Under the pieces are notes generated by a model that did no database searches, was not told the DNA's origin, and was given only the letters and a program-made list of their open reading frames with translations. Shown piece after piece: positions 9,067-15,548 of a DNA stretch of 32,000 bases (within the stretch, counting starts at the first letter, position 1; each line of letters opens with the position of its first letter). The position numbers were made by a program, and so were the translations under genes. The DNA is taken from positions 60,001 to 92,000 of the forward strand of contig NC_014033.1 of the NCBI RefSeq assembly GCF_000025925.1, written 5' to 3'. The stretch comes from Xylanibacter ruminicola 23. GTDB taxonomy: Bacteria > Bacteroidota > Bacteroidia > Bacteroidales > Bacteroidaceae.

Positions 9067-10365
9067 TTAGATGTTACGTTTGTCAATCACACGCTTGGCC
9101 TTGCCCTCCGAGCGCTCAATGCCCTTTGGCTCAACCAACTTAACCTTGAAGCCCAGTCCGATCACGCTACGCAGCTCGCCTTCCAGCTTCTTCTGCAAAC
9201 CAACCATCGTGGCCATATCGTCGGTAAAGTACTCCTCCTTCACCTCAACCTTCAACTCTGAGGTATCGGTATTGTTCACGCGGTCAACAGTGAGCAGGAA
9301 GTGAGGCTCGTACTCAGGCAACTTCAGGATGACATCCTCAATCTGCGATGGGAATACGTTCACACCACGGATAATCAGCATATCATCGCAACGGCCCAAG
9401 ATACGATCCATACGTACCAAGGTACGTCCGCACTTACACTTGTCGTAGTGCAGGGCTGTCAGGTCGTGGGTGCGATAGCGGAGCAATGGCATACCCTCTT
9501 TAGTAAGGTGGGTGAATGTCAGCTCACCGAACTGACCTTCTGGTAGAGGCTCGCCTGTCTTTGGGTCCAGAATCTCTGGATAGAACAGGTCCTCGTTCAG
9601 GTGGGTGCCGCACTGGTGCTCGCACTCGTAGCCTACGCCAGGACCGGCAATCTCGCTCAGTCCGTAGATATCGTAAGCTTTAATACCCAGACTCTCTTCC
9701 AGTTTCTTACGCATCTTCTCGGTCCAAGGCTCTGCACCAAACACGCCCACTTTCAGCTTAAACTCATCGCGGCTCCATGGGCACTCTTTCATGGCTTCGC
9801 CCAGGAACATGGCGTAGCTGGGGGTACAGCACAGAATGGTGGTGCCAAAGTCGTGCATCAGGGTCATCTGCTTCTGGGTGTTACCTGAAGAGATGGGGAT
9901 TACCGATGCGCCGATATTGGTGGCTCCGTCGTGAGCGCCAAGACCTCCAGTAAACAGGCCATAGCCGTAAGCTACCTGGAAGATATCGTCCTTACCTGCA
10001 CCATAGGCGGTAAAGGCACGACTGATGGCTTCGCTCCACATAGCAAGGTCTTTGCGGGTGTAAAGTACTACAACTGGTTTACCGGTTGTTCCCGATGAGG
10101 CATGGATTCTGACAATCTGACTCATGGGCACGGCAGCCAGTCCGAAGGGATAGTTGTCGCGGAGGTCGAGCTTATTAGTAAAAGGCAGCTTGGTAATGTC
10201 GTCGATACTCTTGATATCGCCTGGTTCCAACCCCATCTCCTGAAACTTCTTACGGTAGAAGGGGGTGTTGTAATATACATACTCTGCCATTTTTACTAGG
10301 CGTTGACTCTGGATTTCGCGAAGCTGTTCGCGATCCATACACTCCATTGTTTCATTCCAAATCAT
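9067..10365 (-). CDS. paaK: phenylacetate--CoA ligase family protein (PaaK-like adenylate-forming enzyme)
   Basis: MIWNETMECMDREQLREIQSQRLVKMAEYVYYNTPFYRKKF... matches the family. The AMP-binding P-loop SSGTTGKPVV and the YGLSE motif are present, at 432 aa. Confidence 0.88.
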   Translation of the reverse strand: MIWNETMECMDREQLREIQSQRLVKMAEYVYYNTPFYRKKFQEMGLEPGDIKSIDDITKLPFTNKLDLRDNYPFGLAAVPMSQIVRIHASSGTTGKPVVVLYTRKDLAMWSEAISRAFTAYGAGKDDIFQVAYGYGLFTGGLGAHDGATNIGASVIPISSGNTQKQMTLMHDFGTTILCCTPSYAMFLGEAMKECPWSRDEFKLKVGVFGAEPWTEKMRKKLEESLGIKAYDIYGLSEIAGPGVGYECEHQCGTHLNEDLFYPEILDPKTGEPLPEGQFGELTFTHLTKEGMPLLRYRTHDLTALHYDKCKCGRTLVRMDRILGRCDDMLIIRGVNVFPSQIEDVILKLPEYEPHFLLTVDRVNNTDTSELKVEVKEEYFTDDMATMVGLQKKLEGELRSVIGLGFKVKLVEPKGIERSEGKAKRVIDKRNI

Positions 10366-10404
10366 GTCTGTTTCTTGTCGTTGATTATATGTACTTTACG
10401 GGCA

Positions 10405-10412
10405 CAAAGTTA
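10405..10412 (-). promoter_or_regulatory. candidate -7 box (TAacTTTG) for paaK
   Basis: The minus strand reads TAACTTTGTG about 40 nt upstream of the ATG at 10365. Confidence 0.45.
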
Positions 10413-10496
10413 AGGTATTTTTTTGAATCAACCAAGAAAGTACCATCAAAAGTATATATTTTATTTATTTGGTTTGGAACTTTCGTATATTTATCG

Positions 10497-10504
10497 TATT
10501 TTTG
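10497..10504 (+). promoter_or_regulatory. candidate -7 box (TAttTTTG) for the MBL hydrolase gene
   Basis: TATTTTTGCC lies 26 nt upstream of the ATG at 10530. Confidence 0.45.
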
Positions 10505-10529
10505 CCCCAGTTCTATATATTAATAAGGT

Positions 10530-11264
10530 ATGAAGAAACTATTTTTATTGCTAATGGCCGTTTTAGGTCTCAACACAGCCTGTGGCCAGTCACCTTACGA
10601 GGTAGATGAGTTTACCACCGCGAGTGGAAAAACCGTTAAGTTTCATGCGCTGATGCACTCGTGTATCCGTATTCAGTATGATGGCAAGGAGATACAGATT
10701 GATCCTGTGACGAAGCTGGGCAATCGTTCTATCAACTATGCAGCCATGCCTAAGGCCGATTACATCTTTGTAACCCATGAGCATGCCGACCATTACGATG
10801 CTGCTGCACTTAAAACATTATCGGCTGACAAAACGCAGCTGGTGATGAATAAGCGCTGTGCCGATATGTATGGTTCTGGTAAGGTGATGGCGAATGGCGA
10901 CAATCTGCAGTTAGCCGATGTTAGCGTTGAGGCTGTGCCTGCGTATAACTCTACGGTAGGTCGCGAGCAGTTCCACCCCAAGGGGCGCGATAATGGCTAT
11001 ATCCTTACTATCGATGGTTTGCGTATCTATATTGCCGGCGATACCGAGGATATCCCAGAGATGGCACAGATTAAGGATATCGACATTTCCTTCCTGCCTT
11101 GTAACCAGCCTTATACGATGACGCCCGATCAGTTGGTACGTGCAGCAAAGGTTATCAAACCCAAGGTGCTGTTCCCTTATCACTACGGACAAACCGACCT
11201 GAGCTCGATACCTGCTCAGCTTGAAGGAACAGGCATCGATGTAAGGATTCGTCATTACGAGTAA
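10530..11264 (+). CDS. MBL-fold metallo-hydrolase, secreted or lipoprotein
   Basis: The signal peptide MKKLFLLLMAVLGLNTAC has a lipobox-like Cys. The metallo-beta-lactamase motif THEHADHYD is present, at 244 aa. Confidence 0.85.
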   Translation: MKKLFLLLMAVLGLNTACGQSPYEVDEFTTASGKTVKFHALMHSCIRIQYDGKEIQIDPVTKLGNRSINYAAMPKADYIFVTHEHADHYDAAALKTLSADKTQLVMNKRCADMYGSGKVMANGDNLQLADVSVEAVPAYNSTVGREQFHPKGRDNGYILTIDGLRIYIAGDTEDIPEMAQIKDIDISFLPCNQPYTMTPDQLVRAAKVIKPKVLFPYHYGQTDLSSIPAQLEGTGIDVRIRHYE

Positions 11265-11278
11265 GGGCTACTCGTAAT
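11254..11278. other. 10-bp perfect hairpin formed across two convergent stop codons
   Basis: The sequence is ATTACGAGTA-agggc-TACTCGTAAT. The left arm contains TAC GAG TAA (end of the MBL gene) and the right arm is the complement of GAT TAC GAG TAG (end of the DUF2461 gene). No flanking T-run is present. Confidence 0.6.
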
Positions 11279-11993
11279 CGTCGATTACTGAGTTCATGAA
11301 ATCCATCATTGGCTTGGCGGCTTTGAACATGCGTTCAATTTCGTCGAGCCATTTTTCGCCTTCATAAAAGTCGTCTGGCACCTGATGCCAGCAACAGTAA
11401 TCCTTCATGCGCAGATACTCTACGTAGGGCCAGTCTTTGGGGAATCCTACTGGGCATTTCTTTAGTTTCTCCAGTCCAAAGCCCTGGGGCTGGTCCCAGC
11501 TCGATACATCCGTTGGTGTCGAGAAGCTGCTGGCTACAGGGCTACCGTAGTATTTCTTGAATTCTTTATTCTCTACGCACTTCAGCCACTCTGCTGTGTT
11601 GCCCATCATCTCATTGCGGCACGATGTGAGTATATTGGTTGGCAACCAATAGTTACCACACGCCACCATGCAATGTCCTGGCTCCAGGTGCAGGTAGTAT
11701 CCGCCATGCAGAGCTTTCTTACCATGGGCTGCAATATAGCCGCCAAAGTGGTTCTTGTAGGGCGACTTATCGGGTGAGAAACGTGTGTCGCGATTAAAAC
11801 GATACGTGCAATCCTTTACTGTAAGATGTGCAATCGAGGGGTCGAAACTCGCAATCCTGTTAATAGCCATTTCAATTCCAGCTTCGAAATCTGCCCTTAC
11901 AGCATCATACTCCGCCTTATGCTCCCAAAACCAATCACGGTTGTTATTTGCCATCAACTGCTTCAGATAGCTTAGAATTCGTTTTGTATCCAT
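11268..11993 (-). CDS. DUF2461 (TIGR02453) family protein
   Basis: MDTKRILSYLKQLMANNNRDWFWEHKAEYD...YRFNRDTRFSPDKSPYKNHFGGY... carries the NNxxxWF and RDxRFSxDKxPYK signatures that I associate with DUF2461. Confidence 0.75.
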   Translation of the reverse strand: MDTKRILSYLKQLMANNNRDWFWEHKAEYDAVRADFEAGIEMAINRIASFDPSIAHLTVKDCTYRFNRDTRFSPDKSPYKNHFGGYIAAHGKKALHGGYYLHLEPGHCMVACGNYWLPTNILTSCRNEMMGNTAEWLKCVENKEFKKYYGSPVASSFSTPTDVSSWDQPQGFGLEKLKKCPVGFPKDWPYVEYLRMKDYCCWHQVPDDFYEGEKWLDEIERMFKAAKPMMDFMNSVIDDYE

Positions 11994-12004
11994 ATCCTTT
12001 GTTT

Positions 12005-12499
12005 TTATTTTGTTTTCTGATAAGCCAGGCGTTCGTCGCCCGAAAGTAGGTAGATGATGCCGCAGTAGGTAAAGCCTTCTTTGAGAATGACGTGCTGCAT
12101 AATTTGATTGTCGCGATGGGTGTCGATGCGGATGTTGCTGTCGTGGGCAAAGCAGAAGTCCATGATGCTCTTAAAAACACCGTGGGCATCAGGATAACTG
12201 GCAATGCGGTGCACTACGTGATAGGGTAGAGTGTCCTCTATCCAGTTGCCCTCGTAGATTTTGGCGTAAGTTGGATCTGGACTGGGTAGAAAGGCGAAAT
12301 AGGCCACGATGGTGCCATCGTCTTCTACCACATAGCCGCCACCAATCTCTATGTCGTGCAGAATCACATCTGTTGTGGGGTAATTGTCGGCCCATTGGTG
12401 CATGTTGCCCGATTGCCGCATAATCTTTTTGGCTGCAGCGATGACGTTCATGATGTCGTCAACCTGCTGCGGGTTGGCTTTTGTGATGGTTCTATTCAT
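12005..12499 (-). CDS. GNAT family N-acetyltransferase
   Basis: The 164-aa protein has an N-terminal QQVDDIMNVIAAAKKIMRQSGNMHQWADNYP block and a C-terminal IRIDTHRDNQIMQHVILKEGFTYCG block. It resembles small Bacteroidales GNAT proteins. The call rests on family-level pattern recognition only. Confidence 0.65.
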   Translation of the reverse strand: MNRTITKANPQQVDDIMNVIAAAKKIMRQSGNMHQWADNYPTTDVILHDIEIGGGYVVEDDGTIVAYFAFLPSPDPTYAKIYEGNWIEDTLPYHVVHRIASYPDAHGVFKSIMDFCFAHDSNIRIDTHRDNQIMQHVILKEGFTYCGIIYLLSGDERLAYQKTK

Positions 12500-12537
12500 T
12501 GTCTGATTATCAATTATTAAACTTTTTAATTCGCCGG

Positions 12538-12545
12538 CAAAGTTA
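12538..12545 (-). promoter_or_regulatory. candidate -7 box (TAacTTTG) for the GNAT gene
   Basis: The minus strand reads TAACTTTGCC about 39 nt upstream of the ATG at 12499. Confidence 0.45.
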
Positions 12546-12604
12546 CAAAAAACTTATGAAACAGGCGCTGGAAAAGTACTATTAATGAACGGCACAAACG
12601 ATTA

Positions 12605-12638
12605 TTTAACAAATAAGGGCTCGCTTGATGGCGAGCCC
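12605..12638 (-). terminator. rho-independent terminator of the lipoprotein gene
   Basis: The minus strand reads GGGCTCGC-catcaa-GCGAGCCC, followed by TTATTTGTT. Confidence 0.7.
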
Positions 12639-12673
12639 CCTCGTGTTTTTCAGGTACATGTTAATGACATAAT

Positions 12674-14635
12674 TTATTTCCACCAGAACTCATCTACAAA
12701 TGTACCTTGTACATAGTCTGTGAATTTCTTATTTTCATTAGCAATATTTCTTCTTTCTGGTACAGGTACGAATGTGTCGTCGACCAGTATCTTACAGGCT
12801 GCTTCACCTGTTGTGGCCTGGAGCTCCATCCATGAGCCGTTCTTATATACCTCAATCTTAATATTCTTAATCTGCTCGGGAGTGGTGTACTCGCCGGTAA
12901 TCTCGAACTCAACGGGGTCAACATTCGGACCAGCACCCGTGTTATACATCTTATATTCGCCCTTTTCGTTGGGAGTTGTTTCGCCGAACAAGCCATGAAC
13001 CTCTATGCCCATCACTCTGAGTGGAAGCACACCGCCAGCACAAATCAGTCTCAGTGTGGTCTTGCCGCCTTCGGCCTTCACTACGTCGAAGACAACGTCG
13101 TTGAAGTCGAAATCTCCAGCTTCTGAAGCCGACAGGTCCTCAGCAATCACGCGGTAGAGTGGGGTGCTGCCGCCAACAAAGCCTGGGTTACATGGTGTTT
13201 CGGGAATGGTAATATTGGGCTTGCCCGATTTGAAACCGGCCGCGTAGATGTTGTCAGCTATGCCGAAACCATCAACTGCGTAGATAACCGTTCTGCCGGC
13301 ACCGCTGTCGCCTTGTGCGAAGTGAGTCTCTGCCGAAACATAGAGGTTGCCGCCGTAGATGATTGCGCCATGACTGTTGGTACTAGCAAGAGATGGGTCT
13401 CTGACAATATCCTTAGCCTGGAATACTGCATACCCATCTGGCGAGATGCCATAGATGCCATATCCTGAATCACCGGTTCTTCCGCATTCAAACTGGGCTG
13501 TTTTCTCAACTTTAAACACAGCATTCTCGCCCATCAAGATCTTAAATGGACCAGAAACGGCGCCAGAGCTTGAGTCTCTACCTCCATAGAAATTCTCTGT
13601 TACTACACCGCAACCAGCATCAATCTTGAAGGCACCTTCGGCAGATGAGATGTTCATCTCAAAGTCGTGGGTCACCTCAAGGAAACAGTTGTTGATTACG
13701 TTCTCGCTTCCACCGATGTAAGCATAGTCATAAGTAGTCCAATGTCCATTGTTTACCCAGCCAGAGTTGGTAGATTGGATTTTGGTGGTGTTGGTAACGT
13801 TACACTCGGCGTTGTTCTGTATAGCAGCTGCTTTTACAGTAACATTGGTGGCAGTGATGGTACCATCGTTTACAATTCGGCTATTGTTACTTTCGATATT
13901 TATGTTTCCTGCTTCCAGTGTGCCGACATTATAGAGGAAACCTGATACGTTAGTTTCGAAGGTGCCAACTTTGATGGTTCCATGATTGTAGATCTTGGTG
14001 CTATTGTTAGCCTTGAGGAGACCTGATGCCTCGAGTGTGGCACCTGCGGCAATATAAATGGCATCAACATTGAGAGTGATGGCACTAACCTCGCCTAACT
14101 TTAAGGTTGCTCCTTCAATCAGATAGATTGCCGATCGATAGTCAGGTGCAAATTTGGGGGAGTTGGCATCAGTGTCGCTATCTGATAAATCTACGGTTCC
14201 TGTTACATAAATCGTGCTGGCGCCAGCATACGTAGAAACAGATGGGGTTTCTGCATCAATGTAATAATTACCTGCTCCACCTCCCCATGATGGCAGTCTG
14301 TTGACACCTGCAGGTACTGCATTCAAGAAATTGCTGGCATTGCAGTCGGTCGGGAATGTGATGGTAGGCTGTAAGTTACCTTTGTACGAGGCATAAGTGC
14401 CCGCAGCACGGGTAAGGGCGCGTGTGTTGGCTTTCTTGCTGCTGAATCCCCAGTCAACATTGGAACCAACCTTACCAAACGCTTTTTCAAAAGCTGCAGC
14501 ATACTTTTCGTTCAAATTCTGTTCAACTTTCTCTTCGCTGTAGAGATATTTATCATGACTACACGACGAGAGCATGATCGTAACCAGAAGGGTGGTTACA
14601 ATTGCTATAAATCCGAAATTTCCTTTTGTTGTCAT
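12674..14635 (-). CDS. surface lipoprotein with Asn/Gly/Thr-rich beta-helix-like repeats and a C-terminal LruC/DUF4842-like domain
   Basis: The signal peptide plus lipobox is ...TLLVTIMLSSC. The central region has repetitive NxGTI/NVT segments. The C-terminal block YRVIAEDLSASEAGDFDFNDVVFDV resembles the acidic DxDFNDxV motif of LruC-domain proteins. The domain assignment is from memory, not a search. Confidence 0.65.
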   Translation of the reverse strand: MTTKGNFGFIAIVTTLLVTIMLSSCSHDKYLYSEEKVEQNLNEKYAAAFEKAFGKVGSNVDWGFSSKKANTRALTRAAGTYASYKGNLQPTITFPTDCNASNFLNAVPAGVNRLPSWGGGAGNYYIDAETPSVSTYAGASTIYVTGTVDLSDSDTDANSPKFAPDYRSAIYLIEGATLKLGEVSAITLNVDAIYIAAGATLEASGLLKANNSTKIYNHGTIKVGTFETNVSGFLYNVGTLEAGNINIESNNSRIVNDGTITATNVTVKAAAIQNNAECNVTNTTKIQSTNSGWVNNGHWTTYDYAYIGGSENVINNCFLEVTHDFEMNISSAEGAFKIDAGCGVVTENFYGGRDSSSGAVSGPFKILMGENAVFKVEKTAQFECGRTGDSGYGIYGISPDGYAVFQAKDIVRDPSLASTNSHGAIIYGGNLYVSAETHFAQGDSGAGRTVIYAVDGFGIADNIYAAGFKSGKPNITIPETPCNPGFVGGSTPLYRVIAEDLSASEAGDFDFNDVVFDVVKAEGGKTTLRLICAGGVLPLRVMGIEVHGLFGETTPNEKGEYKMYNTGAGPNVDPVEFEITGEYTTPEQIKNIKIEVYKNGSWMELQATTGEAACKILVDDTFVPVPERRNIANENKKFTDYVQGTFVDEFWWK

Positions 14636-14686
14636 AATTGTAATAGGTTAGATTAGTAATTGCATTCATCATTGATATATTTGGCG

Positions 14687-14694
14687 CAAATATA
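14687..14694 (-). promoter_or_regulatory. candidate -7 box (TAtaTTTG) for the lipoprotein gene, with a second TAtaTTTG on the opposite strand at 14676-14683
   Basis: TATATTTGgcgCAAATATA (14676-14694) is a near-palindrome that carries a consensus -7 box on each strand. The minus-strand box lies 52 nt upstream of the ATG at 14635. A further TAttTTTG on the minus strand is at 14751-14758. Confidence 0.4.
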
Positions 14695-14886
14695 CGAAAA
14701 ATACAAGTATGTTGTACTTGGTGTATGGTTAATTAGTGTTAACTGTTGCGCAAAAATAATGTGTTCGAAAATAAAAAGCATTGTATGGTCGATAGATTAC
14801 GCGTGGTATATGCCAGAATCTTAGATGCCCTATCGTATATTTTTTCTATACAATAAACATTATTATTATTGAAAATTATGTAATTA

Positions 14887-14902
14887 GCCTACATGCCTAC
14901 AT
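14887..14902. repeat. outer left inverted repeat GCCTACATGCCTACAT
   Basis: It is the exact reverse complement of 15408-15423. Confidence 0.9.
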
Positions 14903-14945
14903 GTTTTTATCGTAAATGCCTATTATACAATATGTTACAAAGTTT

Positions 14946-15011
14946 AAAGCCTACATAAAGCCCCACAAAAGCCTACATAAAGCCTACATAAAGCCTACAT
15001 GCAGCCTACAT
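14946..15011. repeat. six consecutive 11-nt units (AAAGCCTACAT consensus), left inner array
   Basis: The units are AAAGCCTACAT AAAGCCCCACA AAAGCCTACAT AAAGCCTACAT AAAGCCTACAT GCAGCCTACAT. Positions 14947-14989 match the reverse complement of 15320-15362 at 41 of 43 positions. Confidence 0.9.
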
Positions 15012-15086
15012 GTTTTTGCCGTTTACCCACGTACTAACAGATATTGTTTGCCTGGTTAGCAGCTTTTATCCTTAATACTTGTTACG

Positions 15087-15104
15087 AAATTCTCTAGAGA
15101 ATTT
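15087..15104. repeat. 18-bp perfect palindrome AAATTCTCTAGAGAATTT (copy 1)
   Basis: The sequence is self-complementary and identical to 15152-15169. Confidence 0.9.
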
Positions 15105-15151
15105 TGCTACTACCTAGGCACTCAGCAATGTTTAGTAAGGCACTTAGCCGA

Positions 15152-15169
15152 AAATTCTCTAGAGAATTT
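15152..15169. repeat. 18-bp perfect palindrome AAATTCTCTAGAGAATTT (copy 2)
   Basis: It is identical to copy 1, with 65 bp centre to centre. The flanks are also loosely similar in direct orientation (..CG-palindrome-yGCnnCnnCC..TAGG). Confidence 0.9.
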
Positions 15170-15229
15170 CGCAGCATCCTTTAGGAAGAAATATTGCAAG
15201 TACATTAATAAGTATGTTTTCGCAAGGCA

Positions 15230-15310
15230 GAAAGTAGCTTTTCGCATACTGATAAGTAAGCATCAAAAGGCCCAAAAGCTACTTTTCGTACCCTAAAAAG
15301 CTACTTTTCG
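15230..15310. repeat. 15-mer family: GAAAGTAGCTTTTCG (15230-15244), inverted relative to two direct copies AAAAGCTACTTTTCG (15274-15288 and 15296-15310)
   Basis: Read directly from the sequence. A 12-nt stretch of copy 1 is perfectly complementary to copies 2 and 3. Confidence 0.85.
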
Positions 15311-15319
15311 GTCGATTTT

Positions 15320-15363
15320 ATGTAGGCTTTATGTAGGCTTTTGTGGTACTTTATGTAGGCTTG
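15320..15363. repeat. four consecutive 11-nt units (ATGTAGGCTTT consensus), right inner array, inverted relative to 14946-15011
   Basis: The units are ATGTAGGCTTT ATGTAGGCTTT TGTGGTACTTT ATGTAGGCTTG. The degenerate unit is in the mirror position of the degenerate unit in the left array. Confidence 0.9.
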
Positions 15364-15407
15364 AAAACGCCAGAAACCCTTTATGCATGCGGTTTTCGAG
15401 CGATTTT

Positions 15408-15423
15408 ATGTAGGCATGTAGGC
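15408..15423. repeat. outer right inverted repeat ATGTAGGCATGTAGGC
   Basis: It is the exact reverse complement of 14887-14902. The preceding CGATTTT also precedes the inner array (15313-15319 and 15401-15407). Confidence 0.9.
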
Positions 15424-15480
15424 AATATGCCGAAAAATTTTGGGTGGAAATGGAATCATATGGAATACTGGTTGATTGAG

Positions 15481-15521
15481 AAATAAAACAAAAGAGGTGC
15501 AGACGTTGAATCTGCACCTCT
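15481..15521 (-). terminator. rho-independent terminator of dnaK
   Basis: The minus strand reads AGAGGTGCAGA-ttcaacg-TCTGCACCTCT (11-bp stem at 15493-15503 / 15511-15521), followed by TTTGTTTTATTT. Confidence 0.85.
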
Positions 15522-15548
15522 TGGTTATGTTGTAAGTAAATCAGTTGT

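Noticed and set aside
9067-10365. paaK-like ligase plus ACT protein as an unusual pairing
   Set aside because: To my knowledge this pair is a common arrangement in anaerobes, usually linked to aromatic 2-oxoacid:ferredoxin oxidoreductases. The only mild oddity is that no iorAB genes are adjacent, which is not enough for a finding.
14887-15423. Possible CRISPR array, because of the regularly spaced short repeats
   Set aside because: The repeat units are only 8-11 nt and lie directly adjacent with no spacers. They occur in two inverted blocks, and there are no cas genes or leader in the window.
14887-15423. Classical Bacteroidales invertible promoter driving the lipoprotein gene
   Set aside because: This is downgraded rather than excluded. 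I found no exact TAnnTTTG box on either strand inside the bracketed core. Consensus -7 boxes for the lipoprotein gene lie outside the element (14687-14694 and 14751-14758). No recombinase gene is nearby.
15329-15517. 62-aa minus-strand ORF inside the repeat-rich intergenic region
   Set aside because: It starts inside the dnaK terminator hairpin and reads through the ATGTAGGC repeat arrays. It has no promoter or start context and a low-complexity product.
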